A stretch of DNA of 45,604 nucleotides from a virus (IMGVR_UViG_3300037755_000274:1-45604); one strand, 5' to 3'. Positions 1 to 9,193 are shown, numbered from the stretch's first letter. Notes: a model not told the origin generated them from the sequence alone. A program made the numbers and translations.

Positions 1-127
1 TGACCTTTGCAGGCGGGCATCTTCACGGTGCCCGCTCACAAAGTTCATCGAACAGCCGAGAGGGAAAGAGAGGATGCTTTACGATCCGAAGTGGGAAGTT
101 GAAACGAAAACCGATCCACTTTCTTTG
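1..127 (+). repeat. 127-bp terminal direct repeat, copy 1 (circular-assembly overlap)
   Basis: Identical to 45478-45604. Confidence 0.95.
5..43 (+). promoter_or_regulatory. Stem-loop in the early leftward-type transcript (processing or antitermination site?)
   Basis: CTTTG-cag-GCGGGCATC-ttcac-GGTGCCCGC-tca-CAAAG; no U-tract follows. Confidence 0.4.
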
Positions 128-385
128 AAAGCGTTCGTTGCGTGGCTTGAGAAGCAGCCTCCCGATACTGAATACAACTATTGGTGCACGACAGGCGAAT
201 GCCTGCTGGACACTTACATCTCACAAGTGACCGGCAAACCAAGTCGGCCGAGTGAGCTTCATCATGAGGTCTGCGGCGGCAAAAGCAACTATTACGAAAT
301 TGCCATGCCGAGGCCATGGACCTACGGGGCCGCGCTCGCACGCGCCCGCGCCGCCATCGCCAAAACAACCGGCTCTACCGCCTAA
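74..385 (+). CDS. Hypothetical protein with C-terminal ARARAAIAK module
   Basis: ORF with purine-rich leader upstream. Confidence 0.75.
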   Translation: MLYDPKWEVETKTDPLSLKAFVAWLEKQPPDTEYNYWCTTGECLLDTYISQVTGKPSRPSELHHEVCGGKSNYYEIAMPRPWTYGAALARARAAIAKTTGSTA

Positions 386-408
386 CCGCATCCATTCATG
401 CGGGGGAA

Positions 409-714
409 ATGAAAACCATGAACGTCTCCGATCTCATCTCTGCGCTGTCCTACGCCGGTCGCAATCCGTCATGGTCGGAATATGAAAAGGCCGCGCCGGT
501 CGATCAGCGGGCAATCGTCGCACGGTGGTGGGATATCTCACGGGACCTGTCGGTCACGCGCGATGAACAGGACTTCGCTTACTGGAATTGGCATCTCGCA
601 CTGATAGGCAGGCATGAAGATGACCCGCGCCGTCAACGGACCAAGCGCGATGAGACTTGCGAGGAATTCGAACGGCTGGACGACTGGACCGGTGAAAGGG
701 AGATCATGCCATGA
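409..714 (+). CDS. Hypothetical protein
   Basis: GGGGG RBS, ATG at 409. Confidence 0.7.
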   Translation: MKTMNVSDLISALSYAGRNPSWSEYEKAAPVDQRAIVARWWDISRDLSVTRDEQDFAYWNWHLALIGRHEDDPRRQRTKRDETCEEFERLDDWTGEREIMP

Positions 715-729
715 ACAAACGGCCCTTCT

Positions 730-1251
730 TTGATGGAATCAAACGAGACTAGGCAGGCGATGCTAGCAGAAACAACGGTTAAAAATGTCAGCGACAAATT
801 CAATGTGTGGCTTGCGCTACATACCGGTCAGCACAAGTGGATTGTCGCTCGCCGAAGCAAGGCGCGTGTCAAGGCTGGTTATGTTCTGTTTCTGACAGAA
901 AAAAAATTTAATGCACTCTTGAGCTATTTCGACAGGGAGATGGAAGAAGTGGAAAGTCCAGAGCTTCACCTTACAGAGCCTAATCCCGATCTCGCCAAAA
1001 AGCGCAAGGAGACTCACGCTGGTATGGCTTTTTGGGCCGGCACTGGTCCGGACGGAAAGACTTGTCGCGAGTGCGCTCACTGGAACAGTGGTGGCTATTT
1101 ATCTTCATGCGGCCTGCTTCGCGATTCACCGTGCGAAAAGTACGCGCGAATGATGAATTGCGTGGCGGGGCCACTTGTTCCGCATTACGCGAAGGCCTGT
1201 AAATATTTTGAACCGTGCGCCGATAACAGGCCGACCTATAAACACAAATGA
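730..1251 (+). CDS. Hypothetical protein with C-terminal Cys-rich (CxxC) domain
   Basis: GPDGKTCRECAHW...CEKY...ACKYF. Confidence 0.7.
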   Translation: MMESNETRQAMLAETTVKNVSDKFNVWLALHTGQHKWIVARRSKARVKAGYVLFLTEKKFNALLSYFDREMEEVESPELHLTEPNPDLAKKRKETHAGMAFWAGTGPDGKTCRECAHWNSGGYLSSCGLLRDSPCEKYARMMNCVAGPLVPHYAKACKYFEPCADNRPTYKHK

Positions 1252-1520
1252 AGGGCAGCGGTATGAGCAGCATACCAGCCGACGCAATCGTAGGTGATTG
1301 GATCGCCTGCAATAACGGAATCGGGCTCCGCAAATGGTTTGTTACAAGAACCATCACATGGGAGAGTGAAGGAGTCGCGCGTTCGCGTCCGGAGGTTCTG
1401 AGTAATGCCAGAGGCATGTATTGCAGATTTATCAGTTTTCAAACGGCTAATATCGTAGCCGGTAGAGAAAACCAAAAGAAGACCGTGGCAGTCGCCAAGG
1501 CCACCGGAGGCGCGCCATGA
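1248..1520 (+). CDS. Hypothetical protein
   Basis: ATGA overlaps with both neighbours. Confidence 0.6.
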   Translation: MKGSGMSSIPADAIVGDWIACNNGIGLRKWFVTRTITWESEGVARSRPEVLSNARGMYCRFISFQTANIVAGRENQKKTVAVAKATGGAP

Positions 1521-2068
1521 GCCGCAACTTCGGCGTCCCGCGTCATCCATATCAGCCGGTCCGTGGCTGTTTGTGGCGGCTTGTTGTGCTCGCCCTCGCA
1601 ATCGGCTTTTGGATTTTGTTCGGTATTTTCGTCTCCCATGCCCAGCCGGTGACCTGCAATCAACAGGGCTGCTCCGATTGGCACAAGCCGGCGAAACAGA
1701 AGAAACGTATCGTGCGCGCGGCCATCGACGGCAATTCGATTTCGCTCGCCGGCATCGTCGCGCCATTGAAGGCCAAGGCGCAAGAAATCGTGCGGGCCTG
1801 CGGCAGTAAAGTGGTTTCCGCTTATCGTCCAGGCGCGCGCATTCCATCCGGGCAACTGTCGAACCATGCCCGTCACCGCGCCGTCGATTTGCGGGGCAAC
1901 CCAAGCTGCATTTACGCGCGCTTGAGGGGCTGGCCCGGCGGCGTCTCGATCGATTACCCGCGCGCGCCCGGCGGGCCGCATGTGCATGTCTCGTACAACC
2001 GCAACATGGAATGGCGAGCGCGGTTCGTTCATCGCCATACGCGCACCTATCACGCGAGGGCAGAATGA
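1517..2068 (+). CDS. Exported/membrane-anchored peptidase M15-like (D-Ala-D-Ala Zn peptidase fold)
   Basis: N-terminal hydrophobic helix; SAYRP...SNHARHRAVD...HVHVS matches the M15 SxHxxxxAxD/HxH motifs. Confidence 0.7.
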   Translation: MSRNFGVPRHPYQPVRGCLWRLVVLALAIGFWILFGIFVSHAQPVTCNQQGCSDWHKPAKQKKRIVRAAIDGNSISLAGIVAPLKAKAQEIVRACGSKVVSAYRPGARIPSGQLSNHARHRAVDLRGNPSCIYARLRGWPGGVSIDYPRAPGGPHVHVSYNRNMEWRARFVHRHTRTYHARAE

Positions 2069-2325
2069 CCGAACGCACCCGCTTTATAGCTTGGATCACC
2101 AAGTATGCTTTGACTGAGGGAATCTATTCGGTCGATGTCGAGGATTGTTTTAATATATCCGAAAAAATGGTGACCGGCCTGAACCGGCGTGACGGCTGCT
2201 ACCACAAACCACACTGGCACCGGACGCGCAAAGAAGCCGTGGTGCAGGCTGAGAAAATGCGCGCAGCGAAGATCAGGTCGCTGCGCAAGAGTATCGCCAA
2301 AATGGAACGACTGGATTTTTCATAA
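2065..2325 (+). CDS. Hypothetical protein
   Basis: ATGA overlap, GAGGG RBS. Confidence 0.7.
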   Translation: MTERTRFIAWITKYALTEGIYSVDVEDCFNISEKMVTGLNRRDGCYHKPHWHRTRKEAVVQAEKMRAAKIRSLRKSIAKMERLDFS

Positions 2326-2438
2326 TGACGACACGCAACAACAGGCTTGAACAGCTTGAGGCCGCCAGAACTGAAATCCTGTCATGGATGCTGATTGGCA
2401 TCGGCGGCTTTATCGCAATCGCATGGGTGCTCCTGTGA
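2325..2438 (+). CDS. Small membrane protein (37 aa)
   Basis: TAATG coupling; C-terminal ILSWMLIGIGGFIAIAWVLL; below the ORF-track length cutoff. Confidence 0.55.
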   Translation: MTTRNNRLEQLEAARTEILSWMLIGIGGFIAIAWVLL

Positions 2439-2902
2439 ACTCGTTACCCATGCAAGGAAGCGGCAATCAGTCGGCGTCCGCTTCCAGTTTTTCACGGCTG
2501 CAAAAGCTGATGATCAAGCGGGGAGAGATGATCGAAAAGAAGGCGGACTTGCTGCGCGGCCATCAGCCAACGGCGGTCATCGAACGAAAGCTGATCGCGG
2601 TCACTGCCGAGATCATAGCGGAGGAAACAAGGTTGGAGGAGGAAAAAGTGCGATTGAAAGAATGGGATAGGCGCATCGCGCCGAAGCTGCAAGACCTTGA
2701 GTATTGCGGCAACACTATTGCGCGACACGCCAGACATATCGAGGCCACCATCAGGAACCTGGACGCCCGCCCGGCCTGGGAAACCAAGGCGCGGGAAAGT
2801 CTCGGACAGGCCGAGATCGAGCTTCGAACGGCGCTTGCCGTGGTTCAAATGGCACAGCGCCGGTACGACGCAATGCAGGTCATCGCGGAAGCAGCGGAGT
2901 AG
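2435..2902 (+). CDS. Hypothetical coiled-coil protein
   Basis: GTGA overlap; helical charged composition. Confidence 0.65.
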   Translation: MNSLPMQGSGNQSASASSFSRLQKLMIKRGEMIEKKADLLRGHQPTAVIERKLIAVTAEIIAEETRLEEEKVRLKEWDRRIAPKLQDLEYCGNTIARHARHIEATIRNLDARPAWETKARESLGQAEIELRTALAVVQMAQRRYDAMQVIAEAAE

Positions 2903-2907
2903 TAACA

Positions 2908-3675
2908 ATGTCAGTAGCCATCGCGTCAATCGGACACAACAGTCCGCCGGATACGATATCGGCGGCGCATGACACCATGCACGCATTGTCCGATTGGATG
3001 AAAGAACGCCCCGAGATTTCCAGCGAAGATGACGCCCGTGAAGCAAAGCGGTTGCTGGACCGGGCCACATCATGCGCAGACGAATTGGAAGCCGAGCGCA
3101 TCAAGCTTGTAAAGCCGCTTAACGAGCAGGTCGATACAATCAACTCACGCTATAAGGCCATTCACAACACGGACAAGAAAAGGCCGGCCATCCTCGACAA
3201 GATCGTTGCCGAGTTGAAAGACCGCCTTTCGTGTTTTCTGAGAGCCGAGGAAGCACGGCGGGAAGCCGTGGCAGAACAGAAACGCCTTGCAGCCGAGGAG
3301 GCCGAACGCGCGGCGCGCGAAGCCGAAGCCAAAGAGCAAGAGGCGATTGCAAACGCCAAGGCCGGCGAGCTTGGCGTTGACGTGACGCAAGTGGTGGTCG
3401 AAGCCGACAGCCGGTTTACAGAGTTCAAGAAAGCCAATCGAGAGGCCGCTCTAGCCGAACGTGAATCCCATGTCCGTATCGGCGGCGGCTGGAAGCGGTC
3501 TGCATCGCTGCGCGACAAGGAAACGCTGGTACTCGACAGCTACAGCAAGGCGATAACCGCGATAGGCCCACATCAGAAGATCGAAGAAGCCATTCTCTCC
3601 GCAGCCAGGGAATACCGAAAGAAGCATGGCGTGCTTCCGGCGGGTGTATCGGCTGCAATCACTCGACAAGTCTAG
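2908..3675 (+). CDS. Coiled-coil phage protein of the recombination module
   Basis: GGAG RBS; IGHNSPP N-terminus; Ala/Glu-rich coiled coil. Confidence 0.7.
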   Translation: MSVAIASIGHNSPPDTISAAHDTMHALSDWMKERPEISSEDDAREAKRLLDRATSCADELEAERIKLVKPLNEQVDTINSRYKAIHNTDKKRPAILDKIVAELKDRLSCFLRAEEARREAVAEQKRLAAEEAERAAREAEAKEQEAIANAKAGELGVDVTQVVVEADSRFTEFKKANREAALAERESHVRIGGGWKRSASLRDKETLVLDSYSKAITAIGPHQKIEEAILSAAREYRKKHGVLPAGVSAAITRQV

Positions 3676-3690
3676 CACAAGGATAAGCAC

Positions 3691-4077
3691 ATGAAAGTCT
3701 CGGAAGTGTTCCCCTCGAAATACATCGCCGCTGCCGATCTTAATAATCAGAACGTCCGCGTCACAATTTCTCGGGTCGAAATCGAGAAGATCGGGGACGA
3801 TACGAAGCCGGTCATCTATTTCAAGGGCAAGCAAAAGGGCCTCGTCTGCAACAAGACCAACAGCAAAACCATCGCCCAGATTTACGGCGACGAAACAGAC
3901 GATTGGGCCGGTGGCGAGCTGATCCTGTTCCCGATCATGACGGACTATCAGGGCAAGCCCGTGGAAGCCGTCCGCGTTCGTGCACCGCAGCCGAAGGACA
4001 ATCCGAAGCAGCAAGCACAACAGCCGCCGCCGCGCGAGACCGCAGAAACCGGCCTCGACGACTCCATACCTTTTTAG
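3691..4077 (+). CDS. Putative ssDNA-binding protein
   Basis: FPSKYIAAADL start; acidic DDSIPF C-terminal tail typical of SSBs. Confidence 0.7.
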   Translation: MKVSEVFPSKYIAAADLNNQNVRVTISRVEIEKIGDDTKPVIYFKGKQKGLVCNKTNSKTIAQIYGDETDDWAGGELILFPIMTDYQGKPVEAVRVRAPQPKDNPKQQAQQPPPRETAETGLDDSIPF

Positions 4078-4512
4078 GTGGGAAGAATGATCTGCAAGTC
4101 ATGCAGCCAAGAGAAGATGCCGGGGGAATTTTACCCCGGCGTCTTATCGAAATGCAAAGAATGCCACAAGTCTGCAATGCGCAAGCGCGCACGCACTAAC
4201 CCAAAAGTTCAAGAATATGACAGAGCCAGAGCAAAGACCGACAAAAGACGAAAACACAATAGAGAGGTATCGAAAAAATGGCGGCAAGACCATCCAATCG
4301 CATACAGAGCACAGAACATGGTCAACAACGGCCTGCGCGATGGAAAGCTAAAAAAGGGACCGTGTTCGATCTGTGGAGCGACCAATCACCTACATGCCCA
4401 CCATAGGGATTACTCAAAGCCGCTAGAAGTCACTTGGCTTTGCGCCAAATGCCACCATCGGCTGCACGCGGCTTTCCCTGAATTAGGTGGCCATTACGAG
4501 GTCAGAACATGA
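4078..4512 (+). CDS. HNH-like zinc-binding protein
   Basis: CxxC pairs; HAHHRDYSKPLEVTWLCAKCH. Confidence 0.75.
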   Translation: MGRMICKSCSQEKMPGEFYPGVLSKCKECHKSAMRKRARTNPKVQEYDRARAKTDKRRKHNREVSKKWRQDHPIAYRAQNMVNNGLRDGKLKKGPCSICGATNHLHAHHRDYSKPLEVTWLCAKCHHRLHAAFPELGGHYEVRT

Positions 4513-4712
4513 GTGAACAAGAGGCGGCAATGTTCACCGCGACGTATGCGGATTGGCGGATCATCAAGACTAGAAGCACGGTCGCAATTGTATTCGAAGT
4601 GCCGATAGAGGCGTCGGGGCACGCTTATAACGTCCTCGGTGGGATGCCGAGATTTGGTAGCGACAAGTGGTTTGCGATCGCTCGAATGCAGCAGCCGGAA
4701 AACAAGAAATGA
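4509..4712 (+). CDS. Hypothetical protein
   Basis: ATGA overlaps on both sides. Confidence 0.7.
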   Translation: MSEQEAAMFTATYADWRIIKTRSTVAIVFEVPIEASGHAYNVLGGMPRFGSDKWFAIARMQQPENKK

Positions 4713-5044
4713 AATTCCGCAATCCTCGCCAGCACCATGACGGCCACCTGGGGTTCATTCGCGGGTTGCCATGCTTGGTCTGTCTCGACAACACGGCCAC
4801 GGAAGCTGCTCACATACGCATGACCGATCTAAGGGCTGCAAAGAAAAATCCTGGGCTCGGCGCAAAGCCGCATGATTGGTGGACTGTTCCACTTTGCAAC
4901 CGTTGCCACCGTGAGCAGCACGAAATGAGCGAATCGGAATTCTGGGACACGAAAATGATCGACCCGATTTTCGTGGCAATGGCGCTTTGGATCAACACTG
5001 GAGATCACGAGTCTGGCGAGATCATCATCAGAGCGCAGCACTAA
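4709..5044 (+). CDS. DUF968/Ref-like HNH-type nuclease
   Basis: HLGFIRGLPCLVC...EAAH...KPHDWWTVPLCNRCHREQH. Confidence 0.75.
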   Translation: MKFRNPRQHHDGHLGFIRGLPCLVCLDNTATEAAHIRMTDLRAAKKNPGLGAKPHDWWTVPLCNRCHREQHEMSESEFWDTKMIDPIFVAMALWINTGDHESGEIIIRAQH

Positions 5045-5060
5045 TGACAGATCACCAAAC

Positions 5061-5606
5061 ATGAAACTCGGATATGCAGACCCCCCTTACATTGGATGCG
5101 CGCACTTGTACCGCGATCAGCCGGACTATGCCGGTGAGGTCGATCACGCCGCGCTGATCGACAGGCTGGATTCCGAATTTGACGGGTGGGTTCTACATGC
5201 CGCCGCCACGGCACAAAGCATGGCCGTACTTGGCCCTCTGGTTGAGACGACCGCCGCCCGATGGTGTTCATGGCGCAAGGGCTTCGCCGCGTTTAAGCGC
5301 AATGTCCCCGTCGCCTATGCGTGGGAGCCGGTCATCATCAGAGCCGCTCGCAAGCCCGTGGTCAGCAAGCGGCTAGTCATGCGGGACTGGATTGACACCG
5401 ACATTCAGGAGTCAATCACGCTCAAGCGCGGCCTGACTGGCGCAAAGCCGGAGGCGGTATGCCATTGGGCGTTTGAGCTGCTCGGGGCAAGACCAGAGGA
5501 TGAATTGTATGACTTGTTCCCGGGCACAGGCGCGGTGACGCGAGCATGGGAGACATGGAAGGGAAAATTCACACTACCGCCGTTCGAACTGACGGCGGTG
5601 GAGTGA
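5061..5606 (+). CDS. Putative amino (N6A/N4C) DNA methyltransferase
   Basis: Catalytic DPPY near the N-terminus; SAM-binding DLFPGTG near the C-terminus (beta-type order). Confidence 0.75.
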   Translation: MKLGYADPPYIGCAHLYRDQPDYAGEVDHAALIDRLDSEFDGWVLHAAATAQSMAVLGPLVETTAARWCSWRKGFAAFKRNVPVAYAWEPVIIRAARKPVVSKRLVMRDWIDTDIQESITLKRGLTGAKPEAVCHWAFELLGARPEDELYDLFPGTGAVTRAWETWKGKFTLPPFELTAVE

Positions 5607-5645
5607 ACGCCGCTAACGACTGATCAACATAAGCCGGAGGACACA

Positions 5646-5876
5646 ATGAAACTCTGCGATCTCGACGAAGCGGTTACGCTCATAAACTACCGCAAGAACT
5701 GTGAAGAGCTGCGCCGCTGCGCCGAGTCCGGCTTTATAGAATTGCGATTCACCGGCTGCTCGACTCCAGAATCGCACATCTCACTCGATTGTGTCCGTGA
5801 GGCGGTGAAAAAGGAGTGCGACCGGGTGATAGCCGAATATGAGGCAAAGCTAAACAGCTTGGGCGTCGAGGTATGA
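5646..5876 (+). CDS. Hypothetical protein (cassette-like)
   Basis: GGAGG RBS; bounded by junction sites. Confidence 0.7.
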   Translation: MKLCDLDEAVTLINYRKNCEELRRCAESGFIELRFTGCSTPESHISLDCVREAVKKECDRVIAEYEAKLNSLGVEV

Positions 5877-5915
5877 TAACGCCCGATGACAATCGTACTC
5901 TAGAGGAGCACCCCG

Positions 5916-6314
5916 ATGAGCAACCGCACTATCAAACAAACCTCAGCCCTTGCCGATCTGCGCATAGCGCACGAGGCACAGATCGAAGCCCTGACCGCGC
6001 CGGGGCTGACCGATGAGGAACGCGTGATCCGGTTCGGGGAAGCGGCTGGCTTTGGCGCAGGCGCCATAACGCTTGCCTTGGCGCGCCTCCGCTATGAAAG
6101 CCCATCCAATGTCGTGTGGCTCTTCGGACGATACGACCGCAGCCTATTCGGTGATCTTCCGGGTTGCCAGTGCCCTGTCATTGAGAACGATGTGGGCCGC
6201 GCCTCCTACCCCGGCATTCCATCTCTCATCCCTCTTGTCTGGCAGCCCGACCGTGCCACGCTGGAGTGCTTCGCCCGTGTGCAGCAAGAAACGAGATTTC
6301 CGAGCGCACGATGA
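5916..6314 (+). CDS. Hypothetical protein (cassette-like)
   Basis: GAGGAG RBS; bounded by junction sites. Confidence 0.7.
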   Translation: MSNRTIKQTSALADLRIAHEAQIEALTAPGLTDEERVIRFGEAAGFGAGAITLALARLRYESPSNVVWLFGRYDRSLFGDLPGCQCPVIENDVGRASYPGIPSLIPLVWQPDRATLECFARVQQETRFPSAR

Positions 6315-6344
6315 TGACAGCCCATTAGTAAAACCGAGGATGCA

Positions 6345-6626
6345 ATGAGCCACAAAGGCAGGTGTTTCCGAGATCGGCGCAAAACGCGGGCGCGCAAGAT
6401 GCGACAGGCAGCGCAGCGCAGGCGTGTCGCCCTGATTAAACGGGCTCTGGAGACAAGGGCCGTTTTATCGGAACCGGCCGCGCAACGCATGTCGGACGAA
6501 TCCCTCGCGACTGCGATCAAATACAAGCGACCGATTAAGGTATTGGACCTTGGCCTGACAACCGGCGTCGGACTGGCGGCTTTAGCTGGAGCTGCTTTGT
6601 TGGTGCGCGATCACAGACAACGATAG
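6345..6626 (+). CDS. Basic hypothetical protein with hydrophobic C-terminus
   Basis: GAGG RBS; bounded by junction sites. Confidence 0.6.
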   Translation: MSHKGRCFRDRRKTRARKMRQAAQRRRVALIKRALETRAVLSEPAAQRMSDESLATAIKYKRPIKVLDLGLTTGVGLAALAGAALLVRDHRQR

Positions 6627-6666
6627 TGACCAGCCCTGACCATCCAACTATTTGCCAGAGGACAAG

Positions 6667-6879
6667 ATGAGCGAGCCGAAATCTGGACAACCCTGGGCTT
6701 ACATCGCCCATAAAGACGGCAAGTGGGCTGGCGTTGCCGCTGCCAATATGCCGGCAAAAGACCTACGCAAATTCCTTGGCGACTTTGCCGCAGATGGGTT
6801 TGCCATCATGACGGTGTTTGACCGCAACGAATACGAGCGCGCTATCAGATCAATGGAAATGTGGCGTCCGGCGAGATGA
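6667..6879 (+). CDS. Hypothetical protein (cassette-like)
   Basis: GAGG RBS, ATG at 6667. Confidence 0.7.
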   Translation: MSEPKSGQPWAYIAHKDGKWAGVAAANMPAKDLRKFLGDFAADGFAIMTVFDRNEYERAIRSMEMWRPAR

Positions 6880-6926
6880 GATCGGCATTAACAGTTGATG
6901 ACCACCGACCAACATTGGAGCAAACG

Positions 6927-7109
6927 ATGAAACTCACATCAAAGATAGTGCCTTATTCGAGTGTCGTCGGCTCATCCGTCGCGCTCCACAACGAGAGCGG
7001 TCAGGTGGTGGCCATTGTAATGGTGACCGTTCCCAGCCCATCTTTCCCTTACAAGGAAACGGCCGCTCCAATCATTGAAAAGATCGCCAAGGCATTCGAC
7101 GGAGAGTGA
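6927..7109 (+). CDS. Hypothetical protein
   Basis: GGAG RBS, ATG at 6927. Confidence 0.7.
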   Translation: MKLTSKIVPYSSVVGSSVALHNESGQVVAIVMVTVPSPSFPYKETAAPIIEKIAKAFDGE

Positions 7110-7110
7110 C

Positions 7111-7368
7111 ATGCAGATGCGTCTCGCGTTTCGAGAAGAAGGCAATTTCTGGTCCGCCTACGTCGCACAAATGGGCACGATGGACGGCTCATTCTTGCTG
7201 GGCTCAATCATGTTCGGCGTGGTCGCTAACAACCCAGACCGAAAAGCGGCCTTTATGGGTTTGATGAAGGATGCTTTCGCCGACGCCGTGCAAGACGTTA
7301 CGGGCAAGCGGCCAGAGGAATGGGACGAAAGGTCAGCGCCAGAGTCTGAGCGCGCCGGCCACGGATGA
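7111..7368 (+). CDS. Hypothetical protein
   Basis: GGAG RBS; RLAFREEGNFWSAY...APESERAGH. Confidence 0.7.
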   Translation: MQMRLAFREEGNFWSAYVAQMGTMDGSFLLGSIMFGVVANNPDRKAAFMGLMKDAFADAVQDVTGKRPEEWDERSAPESERAGHG

Positions 7369-7391
7369 TAATGAGACATGACCAAACAACA

Positions 7392-7898
7392 ATGAAAATA
7401 TTGGATATCTCAGCAGGCCGGCGCGGAGTGTGGTTCGACAAGAACCACAGGGACGCAATCTATGTTGATATCAGGCCAGAGGTTAATCCTACGATTGTGG
7501 CCGACGCGCGGGCGTTGCCGGCGGAAGTCGGAAATGAATTTAACCTGATCGTGTTCGATCCACCACACAAGAACAACGGTGCCTCTGGCAAGATGGCACA
7601 CAACTACGGCCACTGGACCCATGCGCAAATTCAAAAAATTGTATGCGAGTGCGCCAAGGAAGCCTTTCGAGTCGCAAGGTCTGATGCCCTGATGGCATTC
7701 AAGTGGAATGACCACAGCATAAAGCTAGACAGCGCCCTTGCGTGGTTGGCTCCCTGGTGGGAGCCGCTATTCGGTCACGGCGTATCGGGGCAGCATCGTC
7801 ATGGATCGATGACCTCTTGGGTGATGTTGCGCCGGCGAGAAATGGAAATCAAAACCTTCACCAGCGCGGAAGGTGTCGAGGACAGACTGTTCGCGTGA
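7392..7898 (+). CDS. SAM-dependent methyltransferase (probably a DNA amino-MTase)
   Basis: Motif I ILDISAGRR followed by FDPPH. Confidence 0.8.
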   Translation: MKILDISAGRRGVWFDKNHRDAIYVDIRPEVNPTIVADARALPAEVGNEFNLIVFDPPHKNNGASGKMAHNYGHWTHAQIQKIVCECAKEAFRVARSDALMAFKWNDHSIKLDSALAWLAPWWEPLFGHGVSGQHRHGSMTSWVMLRRREMEIKTFTSAEGVEDRLFA

Positions 7899-7964
7899 AC
7901 GATGATAACGAGACGTCACCATAAAGAAACGGCAAGAGAGTGTTCAGCTAAAGAGGAGAACCTA

Positions 7965-8057
7965 ATGCTATTCGAACACCTGCTTGGAATGATCGCACCC
8001 GTGATCTTCGCTGCGGCGGGGCTCGTTCCGCTATGGCTGCCGGGCGTTTGCAACTGA
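7965..8057 (+). CDS. Small hydrophobic peptide (30 aa)
   Basis: GAGGAG RBS; MLFEHLLGMIAPVIFAAAGLVPLWLPGVCN. Confidence 0.45.
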   Translation: MLFEHLLGMIAPVIFAAAGLVPLWLPGVCN

Positions 8058-8067
8058 GGGGATTGTC

Positions 8068-8412
8068 ATGGCAACGGATGAAGAGATTAAAGTCGCCGTC
8101 AATGCCGCATTCGCCGGGTCGCGGCCGGTCGGATGTGGCGATGGCGGAACGTTCGTCACGCCGCCGCTAACACCGGAACGAATCATCGCCGCCATCGAAG
8201 CCGTCGGTCAAATGCGCGCGCAATCGGAGCCCGTGAGTGACGCGGCGCGGGAGATGCTGGCGGCGCTGGAATTGTTTATTCGCGATCTCGAATATTACAT
8301 CGGCAACCCGTCCGCATGGGAAAACTACAGCGATGATGTTTCCGAGCTAATGCGCGGCGTACACACACTTGCCCTCCCCGCCATCGCCAAGGCAAAAGAG
8401 CCGCACGTCTGA
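8068..8412 (+). CDS. Hypothetical protein with EMLAALE...AIAKA module
   Basis: GAGGGG RBS. Confidence 0.7.
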   Translation: MATDEEIKVAVNAAFAGSRPVGCGDGGTFVTPPLTPERIIAAIEAVGQMRAQSEPVSDAAREMLAALELFIRDLEYYIGNPSAWENYSDDVSELMRGVHTLALPAIAKAKEPHV

Positions 8413-8435
8413 AAAGACACCAGGGAGAATACGTT

Positions 8436-8714
8436 ATGAACGAAGCGATGCAACGTTGCCCGACCTGCAATATCGATTGGTCGCTCAATCCTCCCGTCAA
8501 ATGCCACGGCAGCAATCACTTCCGCTGCATCGAATGCAAGGCGGTTTATTCGGGAGAGATGTTGGCGGTGCCTGAGATGCTGGCGGCGCTGGAAAATATG
8601 CTCGTTGCCGAAGGGTATCAGGCACAAGAAGAAGCCGAACAAATAGCGCGTGCCGCCATCGCCAAGGCAACGGGTCAGCTCGAAACTTACGACGCTAAAG
8701 AGCCGTTAGCATAA
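8436..8714 (+). CDS. Zn-ribbon protein with EMLAALE...ARAAIAKATG module
   Basis: CPTC...CIEC; GGAG RBS. Confidence 0.7.
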   Translation: MNEAMQRCPTCNIDWSLNPPVKCHGSNHFRCIECKAVYSGEMLAVPEMLAALENMLVAEGYQAQEEAEQIARAAIAKATGQLETYDAKEPLA

Positions 8715-8726
8715 GGGGAGAAGGAT

Positions 8727-8903
8727 ATGGCGGACCCAGATGAGCTTGCCGAGAGGATTGCGAGGAAGGCCGCCGATGCGCTTGATCCTCTCCGGCTTGA
8801 AATGGCCATTAAAAAATGGCCGGCAGAGTTTCGCGTGATCATGTGGGAAGCGGTTGCCAGTGTAGCGATGCAACAAGCCGCAGAATCAAAACAAGAGAAA
8901 TAA
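8727..8903 (+). CDS. Hypothetical protein (58 aa)
   Basis: GGGGAG RBS; MADPDELAERIARKAADALDPLRLEM... Confidence 0.65.
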   Translation: MADPDELAERIARKAADALDPLRLEMAIKKWPAEFRVIMWEAVASVAMQQAAESKQEK

Positions 8904-8965
8904 GAACACCACCACGAACCCGATCTAACCACTAACGCGCCGTTAGCATAAGAGGAGAAAACAAC

Positions 8966-9193
8966 ATGGTGATTTGCTCTAGACCGGAATGTCAAACGAC
9001 AGCCGGCTGCCAATGTAATAACCCCATGACCAGGGGCGGAGCCCTGCGGCTAAGAGGCGATCATGCCCCACACAAAGTCATGACGCCGGAAGAATACGAA
9101 CGCGAGATCATCGTCGGCTGGCACGAGGTGTGTCGCAACGTTGACGGCATGGGCAGTGTCGGTATTCGGTATTTGGGCGCGACACAGAAATAG
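8966..9193 (+). CDS. Hypothetical protein with N-terminal Cys cluster
   Basis: GAGGAG RBS; ICSRPECQTTAGCQC. Confidence 0.65.
   Translation: MVICSRPECQTTAGCQCNNPMTRGGALRLRGDHAPHKVMTPEEYEREIIVGWHEVCRNVDGMGSVGIRYLGATQK

Larger units (their letters stand above)
5041..8947 (+). repeat. Array 1 of 16-bp junction sites (NTRAY-N5-RTBASY), 10 copies
   Basis: Copies start at 5041, 5613, 5876, 6314, 6626, 6888, 7368, 7905, 8695 and 8932, each at a gene junction. Confidence 0.75.
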
